The notes under the pieces are model-generated. The model saw nothing but the letters and a program-made list of their open reading frames with translations. It made no database searches and was not told the origin of the DNA. From contig NC_043006.1 of the NCBI RefSeq assembly GCF_006345805.1, forward strand, positions 5,890,001-5,954,000: a stretch of DNA of 64,000 bases, read 5' to 3'. Shown here one piece after another: positions 50,183-62,251 of this stretch. A program made the translations under genes and the position numbers. Positions within the stretch are counted from its first letter, which is position 1; each line of letters starts with the position of its first letter. The DNA comes from Octopus sinensis. Taxonomy: Eukaryota.

Positions 50183-50844
50183 GCAAAACGAAACAAAAGA
50201 AAAAGAAGCAAAGCAGTCCTAAACTTTGTATAAGTGATGTTTTTAAGGATTATTATTTTAAAGTATCTAATAATGATAAAGAAGGACTGCCTATAGGATT
50301 TCTTCTCGGGTTGCAGGTTCTGTTAGACAAGAAGGTAGTGCTGTGATTTTTATTGGATTTGTAATGTTAATTTTAAAAAATCTGAAAAGAAGCAAGAGAA
50401 CACTGATTTCTTTAAAACAGACCGAAAGCAAAACAATAACCATGAAGAGATTGCTTACATAACTTTCATTATTTCCAAATAGCTGTCACAGCCTAACCTC
50501 TGATTATGAATGGTTTTACTCTCAAGATTATCCTCGTAAAGTGATATTAGACATGGTAAAAATCAATATGAATGAACCAGCTTCCGTTTTTCCTTTCTCA
50601 CGCCCGTAACTGTGTACTTTAATATAACTTTACGTTATATTATCTATTAATATTACTTTATCTTTAATAAACATTTCTTTATTCCGGTGAATCAACAGCG
50701 TCAGCTTCCTACGCAACGATTTTTGATCTTCAATTTTGCCAATTAGGAGTGAAATAATGGCGAAGCTGTTTTATTTTTATCTGCTAAAATTATAGAAGAT
50801 ATTGAGATGTGCTGCAATTCACCTATAGCTCCCTCCTTCACCTG

Positions 50845-51076
50845 CCCTCTCTCTCTCTCTCTCTCTTTCTCTCTTTTATCTCCCCCTCCTCTCTTTCTCT
50901 CTTTTATCTCCCCTTCCTCTCTCTCTCTCTCTTTCTCTCTTTTATCTCCCCCTCCTCTCTCTCTCCCTCCCTCTCTCTCTCTCTTTCTCTCTTTTATCTC
51001 CCCCTCCTCTCTCTCTCCCTCCCTCTCTCTCTCTCGCTTTCTCTCTTTCATCTCCCTCTCCTCTCTCTCCCCCTCC

Positions 51077-51130
<54 letters not shown>
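50845..51130. repeat. CT-rich minisatellite (CTCTTTCTCTCTTTTATCTCCCCCTCC unit) within (CT)n
   Basis: Direct reading; at least four units. Confidence 0.9.
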
Positions 51131-51131
<1 letters not shown>

Positions 51132-51414
51132 GCTTTTCCAGTACTAAGCAGTTGAAAAATATTTGTTAAATGCATTCACTGGATTCAAGATAAAACCAAA
51201 CGTTGTTCTACTCCTGGAAGAAATATATGTAAGTATATGCAAAGAAGGAGACACTTATCAATAATGAGGTGTTCCCGTTACTTACAGTACGAAATTGTGC
51301 CTTTTAGTGGCACATTTTCGGACCGAGATGCGGTATTTTATAAAATTCATTGAAGTTGAAAGGAATGATTAGCTGTAATTCTTGCTGAATAGCTACATAT
51401 GTTATTCTACAAAT

Positions 51415-51586
51415 TCCTGTATATGGGACGCAGTTGGGAAAGACACCAACTGCTCTGTCTGCAACAAGGCGAGCTGGTAACCAAGATGAAGGAGGTGTTC
51501 GAAGATCTTCCAGGGACACGGTGAGGAATGCATGCATCAGGTGACAGAGCCGTCTTGAGGCCGTGGTGGACGCAAAGGGCCGCTCT
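51415..51586 (+). mobile_element. Tc1/mariner (maT-like) transposase C-terminal remnant
   Basis: VWDAVGKDTN...ELVTKMKEVFEDLPRDTVRNACIR..SRLEAVVDAKG. Confidence 0.7.
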
Positions 51587-51657
51587 ACATACATACATAC
51601 ATACATACATACATACATACATACAAACATACATACATACATACATACATACATACA

Positions 51658-51693
<36 letters not shown>

Positions 51694-51787
51694 TATAGGG
51701 AGAGTTTACGAAAAAAAAACAAAAGACGAAGACAGGTGGCGTAGAAAACAAACAGATATATTAGTATAACGCTCAGGAATAGAAAAA

Positions 51788-51829
51788 GTCTTTTACGTTT
51801 CGAGCCTACGCTCTTCTACAGAACGGGAC
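51788..51829 (-). ncRNA. Hammerhead-like motif with variant core inside a probable Penelope-terminal repeat (about 51700-51860)
   Basis: Minus strand CTGTAGA-A-GAGC-GTAG-GCTC-GAAA-CG-TA-AAAGAC; perfect stem II, A6 substituted, stem I partial. Confidence 0.45.
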
Positions 51830-51974
51830 ACAGAAAACAAGAAGAAAAACAAGGAGAGAAAAAAAGGAGAGAAAAAAAGGAGAGAAAAAATATATATATA
51901 GATAGATAGATAGATATACATATATCTATATATATGTGTGTGTGTGTATGTATGTATGTATATATGTATGTATT

Positions 51975-52138
51975 ATACGACATACTTCATTCAATTTCCG
52001 TCTACCAAATCCACTCACAAAACTTTGGTCGGTAGAAAACCGTAAAAGAAAACACTTGCCCAAGGTGACACACGGTGAGATTGAACCTGGAACAGTGTGA
52101 TTGTGAAGTAAACTTATTACCACATAACCACGCCTATG
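51975..52138 (-). mobile_element. SINE family A 5' half, diverged
   Basis: TTTCCGTCTACCAAATCCACTCACAA..CACTTGCCCAAGG..TTACCACATAACCACGCC. Confidence 0.8.
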
Positions 52139-52619
52139 ATGAAAACAATACTCATTCAAAAATATAAAATCATGTGCTTAAAATCCCCCAACATTTAATG
52201 GAATCACGTTACAAGTATACATATTGTAAGACAAAAATATGTTATTGAATAAAACTGATGGTTCAATAACTGGAAAAGAATAAACAACATTTAGTTTAAT
52301 GAAGAAAAGTAAATAAAATCTGTTCATGCCAGGATTAAAGAATGTATTTGGCTTTCGTATAATTTAAGTTATTCAAGGTTATTCTAAGGATTGAATTTCT
52401 CTTTTAAATGACAGAAACCTTTCCATTCGCCATTAAGGAATCACTCTTTAAATTAAACAATTTTGTGAGATTTTCAGCGAAGAAAATTAAAGTGAAAGTG
52501 GATAAACTTAAAAGTTACGTGGAATGTTGAGCTGGAATTTACATTTAATAACCTGGAAAAATTGATGTCGGAATATTGCAAGGAGCGAAAGACCAGAACA
52601 CCATGTGAAGAGGACTTCA

Positions 52620-52890
52620 CTTCTACCACCACTACTACTGCTACTGACACTACCACTGATGATGATGACGACGACGACGACGATAATGATGATGATGATG
52701 ATGATGACGACGACGACGACGATGATGATGATGAAGATAACGACGACTACGGCGGCGGCAGCATTAATGGTGATGGTGGTGGTGATGGTAGTGGTGGTGG
52801 TGGTGGTGGTGGTGATAGTGGTGATGGTGGTTGTGCGCTAGTAGTGGCGGTGGTTACGCTGCTGTTTGTGTGGTGGTGGTGGTGGTTGTG
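52620..52890. repeat. Compound trinucleotide microsatellite (CAC/TAC, GAT/GAC, GGT)
   Basis: Direct reading. Confidence 0.9.
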
Positions 52891-53629
52891 TTGGTGGGTA
52901 TTTCTCCTAAAAAAAAATGTGAAAATGTGATCTGGAAATAAAAATGGACTTTTAGTTTAGAAGATTGCTTCTGAATATATTTTCCATTAAAGAAGGATTT
53001 TATTCTTGGCCGATATGTAAATGAAGGAGCGCCATGACAGTTAATATGATCAGCAAAGAAAATTGGATTTAGATCCAGACAGAATTTCGATGAGAAGTTG
53101 TACTACAACTGCAACCGTATTTCAGCAGCAATGTGGTTACCGATGTGGAGATAAACTGATGATGATTGTGACAACTCGTAGTAAGACGTAGAAACATTTC
53201 CAAACTGATTACTCATAGACAACAGATTTGAATAAGCACTTCATATTTTATTTATAAAATACCATTTTTAAAAATACATTTATGCGGAATTTTTTTTCAT
53301 TTTCATTTTCAATTCCTGCTAGACTGACTTCATTTTTATTCAACGTTAATTTTTTTTTTAATATTATTACAAGCGAATCAAAAATCAGTTTAAAAAATGG
53401 ATGTTGACCTTAAGTGTCAATATTCGACAAATGAGTGTTTATTAGTCACGAAAAACACAAAAAATGGTGAGAAAAAAATATTCGCAGACAAAAGAAAATA
53501 TTATTCTAATAAATTTATTCAAAAAATGTTATTCCTAAAAGCATTTTCCGTTTTTTTTTCTACAATTTTAACGTACAGTATGGCATTTCGTTGTTACTCT
53601 TGTTTTGCTCGATGCTTACCGTGAGTAGG

Positions 53630-53780
53630 TCTATGATTAAAGCGTTCTAGTCATGGCCATCCATCTTAGTTTAAGATAATGCATCCAGAACTATTATCAA
53701 AACTGTATTCTTTTACAAAATGTAGAATGTAGTGTGAGGGGAATTTGACAGCCTTTTCTAACAGGTCTAGCAACCAGGTA
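53630..53780 (+). mobile_element. Interspersed repeat family D (degraded); related pieces at ~15505-15570, ~16462-16530 and 61735-61925 (-)
   Basis: Shared motif (G/A)TTTG(G/A)C(T/A)GC.(A/T)TTTCTA(G/A)CAGG. Confidence 0.45.
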
Positions 53781-54358
53781 AATATTTACTCTAGGCTTTT
53801 AGTGTGACAAACACAGTAGAGTAGCGGTCCTCATACCAAACGGTAATGCCATCTCTCTCTTAAGTACCAAACTCAAGCATTGCCGGAATCAAGATTACGT
53901 TTCGTTCCTCTAGAATCGCTTTCTTTTAATTAACTTTACCCTTCTCCTGCAACAATGTAATGTAGACTGATTACTCAGACAGCGTCCAAGACTATCTCAG
54001 TGGCGAGTAAGAGGAAGTAAGTTAGCGCCAAACGGAAACTTGGCCAGAATACTTGCAACGTAATGGACGAAAGACGCTTGAGGACTCAGTGGGGATAGTG
54101 TTGAAATAAGCGTTGAATTAAGTCTACCACCGAAAGATATGAATAGTTCCTCAATGGACCTACACAGTCACAGTCTTCATCCATCAAACTGCTTTCACAA
54201 GACTTTGTCCGACCTGAGACTTAAGTAGAAGATACTCGTCTAAGGTATTGTACAATGATATCGAAACCAGTACCACATATTTGCATCGCGATCCTCTTAA
54301 CCACAAAACCTAGTAGCATATTGGTTGAAGGAAACCATGAGTATATCTTACTTAAATA

Positions 54359-54599
54359 AGAGGGCGGCGAGCTGGCAGAATCGTTAGCACGTCGGGCGAA
54401 ATGCTTAGCGGTATTTCGGCTGCCGTTACGTTGTGAGTTCAAATTCCGCCGAGGTCGACTTTGCCTCTCATCCTTTCGGGGTCGATTAAATAAGTACCAG
54501 TTACGCACTAGGGTCGATATAATCGACTTAATCCGTTTTTCTGTTCTTGTTTGTCCTCTCTGTGTTTAGCCCCTTGTGGGTAGTAAAGAAATAGGTGTT
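54359..54599 (+). mobile_element. SINE family B young subtype, full-length with TSD
   Basis: 11-bp TSD TTACTTAAATA at 54348-54358 and 54600-54610. Confidence 0.93.
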
Positions 54600-55107
54600 T
54601 TACTTAAATATGAAATCTGATAGATGAGAAGGGAAGTGAATAGTAAGAAGTGATATAAGTGACTTGTACTGGTTCCAATTAAGTATCGAAACTGAGCTGC
54701 CCCTTCGGCTCATTGAGGGGAATTATTGCTGCGTGATTTAAATAAAATAAAGATAAATTCTAACTTTGCTATGACATCAGCCATTTTTGTGAGATGTGCA
54801 GCCAAGTGAATCAACAATTTTGCCTCATTCGTATTTACTCCGATCGCAAAGGAAGATTGAAAAGTATTTCCCTGCGTAGGATTAGAGAACAACACGAAAT
54901 AGTTGAAGGTGTTTAGTCCGAAATCCCAGTATTTCTGTTACTCCACCTCGCTAGCGATACTAACATATCTAATAGATGCCTCCTCGAACCCTAAATTTAT
55001 AAACGCCGTGATTTATTTTGTTTTAGCATTCTATCTTTTTAGTAAATTGTTCGGACATGAAATATGTATCCCAAATCTGCTCAACAGGTCAAAAGTTATA
55101 CAGGTTA

Positions 55108-55505
55108 TCTTTATATATAAAAATGAAGTTGTGTGTCTGTCTCCTACGATTTAGATTCCTAACTACTCCCACATTTTGCGGTGCAGTTTAACCAAAACCG
55201 GGTATCTTATAGTCGTGATTCATATCGAGCCCTTCTGGGTATTAGCGCGCGTCTACGCTGAGTCTACGATTTAAAAAAAAAATTACCATCATTTTTTTCC
55301 ATTTTAATGCATTTTTTCGCTATTATATAAGGGAAGTAACTCTCTAAAAATGTCTACGATGAGTCAACGATTTAAAAAAAAATTTACCATCATTTTTTTT
55401 CCATTTTTAATTCATTTTTTTGCTATTTTTTGGCTATAACTCTCTAAAAATGCTTATATAGCTATTTCCCTTACAAACCCGAGCAACGCCGGGCGATACT
55501 GCTAG
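55108..55505 (+). mobile_element. Non-autonomous Helitron, copy 2 (398 bp)
   Basis: A|TCTTTATATATAAAA 5' end, the same 3' hairpin plus CTAG|T as 38905-39421; internal ~90-bp duplication. Confidence 0.88.
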
Positions 55506-55788
55506 TATGAAATAAAATTGAAATTAGTTCAAGTTCGGTGCTGTTTCTAATATACTTCCATCCGTATAAGTATGATCTTTTCACTGTTACTTCAACAAAG
55601 ACAGACACTACTGATGACACTATTCAGACGTCATTCTTAAACAAACTTGATACATCAGACCAGACAGACTTTTCCAAACGAAACGGGTCATTCCTCAATC
55701 TAGAAGCCGAGCACCTTCGTTCGCCAGCATCCGCTTACTTGTTGACTGAGTCATGTCGACACTAACGAATTATTTAAAAGGGTAATAA

Positions 55789-55991
55789 AAAGGTGGCGAG
55801 CTGGCAGAAACGTTAGCACGCCGTTACGTTCTGAGTTCAAATTCTGCCGAGGTCGACTTTGCCTTTCATCCTTTCGGGGTCGATAAATTAAGTACCAGTT
55901 ACGCACTGGGGGTCGATGTAATCGACTTAATCCCTTTGTCTGTCCTTGTTTGTCCCCTCTATGTTTAGCCCCTTGAGGGCAATAAAGAAAT
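55789..55991 (+). mobile_element. SINE family B young subtype with internal deletion and TSD
   Basis: 11-bp TSD AAGGGTAATAA at 55778-55788 and 55992-56002; about 30 bp lost between two GCCG motifs. Confidence 0.92.
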
Positions 55992-57942
55992 AAGGGTAAT
56001 AACATTGTATCACTGCCATGTCCTCTTCAGAGTTAATGAAGCAATAATGGTTCTAATTTAGGCTAATAAAAGAATTAGCTTCAATATGGAATTGAAACCG
56101 TGTTACTGTTTTTCACTTCGCAGCACTTTTTTGCTACAAGCTATTTTATGACAAGTTGAACGAAATTTCAAAGGGAAGGCAGTCGAATGCCAAAATCTGT
56201 GATGTCTCCACCGAAATAAATGCTCTTCAGATTTTACTTCTGTCTCTCTAGACTTCTTTTTTTACTTTGACATTCGAACCTTCAGAATCGATAAAAAAAA
56301 GATACCAGTCATATATTGGTTCGACCAATTGACAATACCACTCTTTAAATATTTCTAGCTTCAGCTAAAAATCGATATTTAAAGCATTTAAAGTCGAAAT
56401 ATGATTGATACTTTTAGACAGAATTGAAATATTTGTTCTTTGTTTATAAAAATACTTTTAAATATTAACATTTTATCTGCAATAATATTTTATTGATGGT
56501 TCGATCATTTTATTTATTTATTTATTTTTGGCATTATTTCCCACAAGCTATTCAAAGATATTCTCTTTGAAAATATTTTAGTGTGCTGCCATATTTTTAA
56601 TGAGATATTTCTGACTGGCAGCTTTTTTGAAACTGATGGCTCCGACTGATTACTAGACCTTTTCAATACCAGATCGAACTGATGGCCTTTAAGAGTAATC
56701 AGTTAACGTTAATCTCAAATTTTTGAATTATGAGATTTGATTGAGTTAGAACACTAGATCTGTAAGGAAAGTATTGGAGAGCATGGCTCGAACTAACGAT
56801 CAGATCTTTGCAAGTGTTAAATATATTATGTCATGACTAACTGCCTGACAGCATTATCTCACTCCCATTTTAGAAAAAGACAAAATCGAAGTAATTACCA
56901 GATTCCAGGGCTAAATCTGAGTGTCTAATAAAATTATTCATGTCATTCTTAGCTCTATATTTTATTTAGTTCCATACTTTAGTAAAAAAAATCTTCATTT
57001 AGGTATATTTAACAAAACCATTAGTTGTATATTAAGCTCTAAAAATATATTACGTTGATTCAATTGGCTGAACGATCTCCCTGCAAAAATTATTTTTGTT
57101 CTTCGTCAAAAGAAACCAATATTTAGATTTTTGTTCGGCTGATTGTGAAAGAGCGATCCAGACGATAGTCCGTCTTCTATTGATTATACACATTTAACTT
57201 CTCTTCTGGTGCTAGTACTTTTCAGAAAAGCATAAACGGTACGACTTTTCATTTCCCGGTCTCTTAAACTATTGAGCTTTTGTGGTCAGTGAAAAGAAAC
57301 CAATTCTGAAATTATTTAACTCATCAAATAGAAGAACCTATTATGTTATTATAGCACATTGTGTTTTTGGCTGAAGAATGAACAAATCATCCTCAATCTC
57401 GATAATATCAGCTTCCAAAGAAAGGTGGCGCTCGTGGTGGGGGCCGTCGTAGTCGTTGTCTTGGTGATGGTGGTCGTAATGGCAGTAATACTAATGAGAC
57501 AGTATCAGAAAATAGTCGGCTTGTCGAGTTATTCCGGAGAGAGTCGTCCAACCGATAAGACGATATATCGTAACGATATATCGTTCATATATCGTAACTG
57601 ACATTGGATTGCATCATTGGATTCCTACAAGGAAACTTTCTTTCAGTAAATACCGGGATAAATGTATAAATGAATAAATAAATAAATATTGTTGTATTTA
57701 GGAATAGTCATTTTGCTAGTTTAGCCAATAAAAACACACGCACTATGTATTTGGTGTTACTTTGCTTCAGCGTTATTTATTTTTTACATTAATTTTAATC
57801 TTATTTCGACCAAAATTTTTTTGTCACATTCCTGTGACCGCATCAGTGGTCCTTTGCTTTCTTCTTTCTTATTTGTGTGTCTCTCCTTACTAACGGTCAG
57901 CCATTTTGTATTTTGTATTTCTATTTGCAAAACAAATATATA

Positions 57943-58360
57943 GGCGCAGGAGTGGCTGTGTGGTAAGTAGCTTGTTTACCAGCCACATGGTTCTGGGTTC
58001 AGTCCCACTGCGTGGCACCTTGGGCAAGTGTCTTCTGCTATAGCCCCGGGCCGACCAATGCCTTGTGAGTGGATTTGGTAGACGGAAGCTGAAGGGGGCC
58101 CGTCGTATATATGTGTATGTATATATATATATATATATATATGCGTGTGTGTGTTTGTGTGTCTGTGTTTGTCCCCCTAGCATTGCTTGACAACCGGTGC
58201 TGGTGTGTTTACGTTCCCGTCACTTAGCGGTTCGGCAAAAAGAGACCGATAAAATAAGTACTGGGCTTACAAAAAGAATAAGTCCCGGGGTCGAGTTGCT
58301 CGACTAAAGGCGGTGCTCCAGCATGGCCGCAGTCAAATGACTGAAACAAGTAAAAGAGTA
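57943..58360 (+). mobile_element. SINE family A, full-length
   Basis: Consensus match; followed by (TAAA)n. Confidence 0.95.
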
Positions 58361-58464
58361 ACTAAATAAATAAATAAATAAATAAGCGACGCGTTTCATT
58401 GGTGTTATTGTTGGAGTGAACTAAATCAGTGACAAGTGTTTCATTGCCGTGTTGTTCTCATAAG

Positions 58465-58518
58465 GCGGGAACAATCAAGGCGAAGTCCAGGACCCAAATC
58501 AACGCCCACCGAGTTATG
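58465..58518 (+). CDS. Candidate 54-nt symmetric (phase 1-1) internal exon, unknown gene
   Basis: gttgttctcataag|GCGGG...TTATG|gtaata; open frame GNNQGEVQDPNQRPPSY; weak AAG acceptor, no homology recognised. Confidence 0.2.
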
Positions 58519-58853
58519 GTAATAATTAATCGATTAATCAATAGATTAATCGCTAAGCTCTCTGTTAGTTAACAACATTAAGATTCACTCTTGCTAAGTC
58601 TGTTATAGAAACATAGCGAGGTTGACTGTGCCACAACACTTGCAGAATCAATTACGTTGTTATTCTTGGCACACCATTGCTCTGCTTGTACACGGGTTGT
58701 CTCCATAGTCCCAGCAAATTGTATCGACCTCACCGGTCTTGGCGAGATCGATGCAATTAATGTTTGAAAAACATGAGCAAGAAACGATTTCCTAATGACT
58801 GTAGTTTGAGGTGGGGTTTCTTTAAGAGAATATTTTATTAATATTAAATTACC

Positions 58854-59067
58854 GAAGGTGGCGATCGAGAAGAATCGTTAGCATACCGGGCAAAATACTT
58901 GTCGGCGTTTCGTTCGTCTTTACAGTGTGAGTTCAAATTCCGCCGAGATCGACTTTGCCTGTCATACCTTTCTGGGTCGATAATAACTACCAGTTGAACG
59001 CAAGGGATGATTTAATCGACTTACGCACTCTTGCACAATTGCTGGATGTGTGCCAAAATTTGAAACC
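58854..59067 (+). mobile_element. SINE family B older subtype, diverged
   Basis: Consensus similarity; 13/14 direct repeat AATAT(T/C)AAATTACC at 58840-58853 and 59068-59081. Confidence 0.8.
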
Positions 59068-59084
59068 AATATCAAATTACCTAA

Positions 59085-59672
59085 ACCGGCGAGCTGGCAG
59101 AATCATTAGCACGCCGGGCAAAATGTTTAGCGGTATTTCGTCTGCCGTTACGTTCTGAGTTCAAATTCCGTCGAGGTCGACTTTGCCTTTCATCCTTTCG
59201 GGGTCGATTAAATAAGTACCAGTGACTCACTGGGGTAGATATAATCGACTTAATCCATTTGTCTGTCCTTGTTTGTCCTCTCTGTGTGTAGCCCCTTGTG
59301 GGTAGTAAAGAAATAGGTATTTCGTCTGCCGTTACGTTCTGAGTTCAAATTCCGCCGAGGTCGACTTTGCCTTTCATCCTTTCAAGGTCGATTAAATAAG
59401 TACCAGTTACGCACTGGGGTCGATGTAATCGACTTAATCCGTTTGTCTGTCCTTGTTTGTTCTCTCTGTGTGTAGCCCCTTGTGGGTAGTAAAGAAATAG
59501 GTATTTCGTCTGTATTTACTCCTTGAGACCAAATGCTGCCGAAGTTTATTTTGCCTTTCATCCTTTCGGCCTCGATAAAATAAGTTCCAGTTGAGTAGAG
59601 TACTGGGGTCGACTTAATCGACTTAGCCCCTCCCCACGGACTATTGGCCTTGTACCAAAATTTGAAACCAAT
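59085..59672 (+). mobile_element. SINE family B composite: head, two 184-bp young-subtype bodies, older-subtype remainder
   Basis: GGTATTTCGTCTG recurs at 59132, 59316 and 59500. Confidence 0.9.
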
Positions 59673-59802
59673 ATTAAATGGTGATCGTAAATTTGAATGT
59701 AAAGTTGGATAAGTTCGTAAATCGTGAGCTGAAGCAAATGGTAACGTCTCTCGTAGAATCTTTCGTAGTCAAAATCAAATACAATCATTGCCAATTAGAA
59801 TT

Positions 59803-60127
59803 CTAAAGACTCCGCCGGTTACGACGACGAGGGTCCCAGCTGATACGATCAACGGAACAGCTTGCTCGTGAAATTAACGTGCAAATGGCTGAGCATTCCA
59901 CAGACACGTGTACCCTTAACGTAGTTCTCGGGGATAATCAGCGTGACACAGAGAGTGACAAGGCTGACCCTTTGAAATACAAGTACAACTCATTTTTGCC
60001 AGCTGAGTGGACTGGAGCAACGTGAAATAAAGTGTCTTGCTCAAGGACACAACGCGTCGCCGGGAATCGAACTCACAACCTTACGATCATGAGCCGAATG
60101 CCCTAACCACTAAGCCACGCGCCCTCA
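59803..60127 (-). mobile_element. SINE family C2 (head and central domain like C1, different tail), with TSD
   Basis: Minus strand GGCGCGTGGCTTAGTGGTTAGGGC, GTTCGATTCCC; perfect 12-bp TSD CCAATTAGAATT at 59791-59802 and 60128-60139. Confidence 0.92.
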
Positions 60128-60179
60128 CCAATTAGAATTACTGTGTAGCTCGAGAGCAGAACACAAATATACAGATATA

Positions 60180-60557
60180 GGCGCAGGAGTGGCTGTGTGG
60201 TAAGTAGCTTGCTAACCAACCACATGGTTCCGGGTTCAGTCCCACTGCGTGGCATCTTGGGCAAGTGTCTTCTGCTATAGCCCCGGGCCGACCAATGCCT
60301 TGTGAGTGGATTTGGTAGACGGAAACTGATAAGAAGCCCGTCATATATATGAATATATATATGTGTATGTGTTTGTCCCCCTAGCGTTGCTTGACAACCG
60401 ATGCTGGCGTGTTTACATCCCCGTAATTGGTTCGTCAAAAGAGACCGATAGAATAAGTACTGGGCTTACAAAGAATAAGTCCCGGGGTCGATTTGCTCGA
60501 CTAAAGGCGGTGCTCCAGCATGGCCGCAGTCAAATGACTGAAACAAGTAAAAGAGTA
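60180..60557 (+). mobile_element. SINE family A, full-length
   Basis: Consensus match. Confidence 0.95.
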
Positions 60558-60564
60558 TACGATA

Positions 60565-60715
60565 ATAACGTCCTGTCTGCTGTTGCTGCCGGTTACTTTT
60601 GAAGTCTTCTTTAAGCAGTCAGACGTCAGTTTACCTGGAAAGAAACAATGAGATTATTAATAAGAAGTGTTAAATTTAATACCTGCAAGATTTCACAGAT
60701 CTAGCATCACTCCTT
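60565..60715 (-). mobile_element. Fragment of the mariner-MITE family seen at 34867-35130
   Basis: Reverse complement CTTCTTATTAATAA..TTTC(T/C)TCCAGGTAAACTGAC.TCTGACTG.TTAAAGAA.ACTTCAAAAGT is shared. Confidence 0.7.
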
Positions 60716-61734
60716 CCTGGTTAGTCTACCTTCGAACACTCTTGCATACTCTCACTAACACATATTTATTTCTTTATTGCCCACAAGGGGCTAAACATTG
60801 AGGGGACAAACAAGGACAGACAAAGAGATTAAGGCGATTACATTGTGATTTTTGTCACTCCAGTCAGTTTAATTACATAACAAATGCTATTTGGGTAATT
60901 AAAACTTTTGAGAAACCTTCGAACTCCACACAATCTCATTTCCATTTCTTTACAGGTATCTGGATTTGTGTATATTCAAAATATACGGACAATTGAGTGA
61001 ATTCTTTTTACCTAAACTCTTTATTGTATAAGGATCGATACAATGACATCGATCATACCCCTAGAAGATGACCTGGGAGTGATGATTGGTATATAAGATA
61101 CCTGAGTTGGTCCATATGATTACTTCTCCGCCAACTAGACGATTCTGGTCAACTTAACAGTTGTTCTAACAGTTCTATATTAAATCATAATTTGATTTAA
61201 ACAATTCTAGGACTGTAATATCGTAAAATAGTAAATTTTATTTGCTAAGTATTGAAGTAGTATTCTAGTGAAAATATAAATAAAACTGTTGAATATCAAG
61301 AGACTAAGACAAATCCTACACATCTCTGCGATTGGGAGAATGTAAATAAGTATAAAAGTCAGTGACCTTTTTGCAATAGTCTATTATTAGTGAGAAATAA
61401 AAACCAGCAATAACTCCAACAAGCGACAATAAAAGATCTCCCTGCTGATTGTCCATATGAAAAGATGGGGCTAATGTAGTATAAATTGCTTTTATTATTG
61501 CCATTTTGAATAATAATAACAACAGCGCATTATGTGTAATTTAAAGGGTCAAAACGACCAGAGGGCTGATGTCGCTTCTGAAGTAAAACAACCGTTACAA
61601 TTTGTTGGTTCGCATCTCCGAGTGTAAACTTTTCATAAGACTTTGGCCATCATGATAAAGGGATTCACATCGTTCACTTGTTTAGCACTTTTTATCATCA
61701 ACATGCTAACACAGAATGAGCCTCTATACAGACA

Positions 61735-61925
61735 CTTAACCTGCTAGAAGTAGCAGCCAAACCTCCATCAAATCTCGTTCTACTGTCTAAAAAATGGATG
61801 AAGTCATTTTATAAAATTATCCTAAATAAACCATATCTGAAAATAAGATATGATGGTATCTGAACGCCTTTCATTGTAGTTTTGCTTGTTCAGAGCTGAC
61901 CTCGGGCTAAACAAAAACAGCAACA
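61735..61925 (-). mobile_element. Interspersed repeat family D, degraded
   Basis: CCTGCTAGAAGTAGCAGCCAAA is the reverse complement of the family D motif. Confidence 0.45.
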
Positions 61926-62062
61926 TTCTAATATGAAGTCAGTATGAATGAATGATTTCTGGTACTGAATTGCGTCGCTTCTTAATTCAATTCCCTTTAG
62001 AGACAACTCTGCTTTTGATTCTTGGTAGAGTAGATAAACTGAAAACCTGTCAGATAATTGAG

Positions 62063-62251
62063 TTAACCCTTTCGTTTCCATATTTAGTTTGAAATACAGT
62101 AATTTTGAAAATGAAAATAAATTTAATATAACTTTGTACTTATTAATCTGGAGTTTGGAACATAAATTAACTTGGTGGAAAATTTCAATTTAGATTACTT
62201 TACTACATGGAGTTTGCATCATAGAACGAGAGACTGCTTCATGTGAGTTAA
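62063..62251. mobile_element. Possible piggyBac-type MITE (TTAA|CCCTTT start, degenerate right end)
   Basis: TTAACCCTTTCG at 62063 and GAGTTAA at 62245-62251; resembles a recalled Octopus MITE. Confidence 0.4.

Noticed and set aside
52562-52930. Thr/Asp/Gly-rich 122-aa ORF
   Set aside because: Explained by a compound trinucleotide microsatellite.
60565-60650. Strong minus-strand acceptor suggesting an exon
   Set aside because: The same sequence occurs at 34950-35050, so it is part of a MITE family.
60938-61090. Strong plus-strand acceptor (atttccatttctttacag) with a possible downstream donor
   Set aside because: All three frames hit stops within about 25 codons; it could only be a UTR exon, with no supporting evidence.
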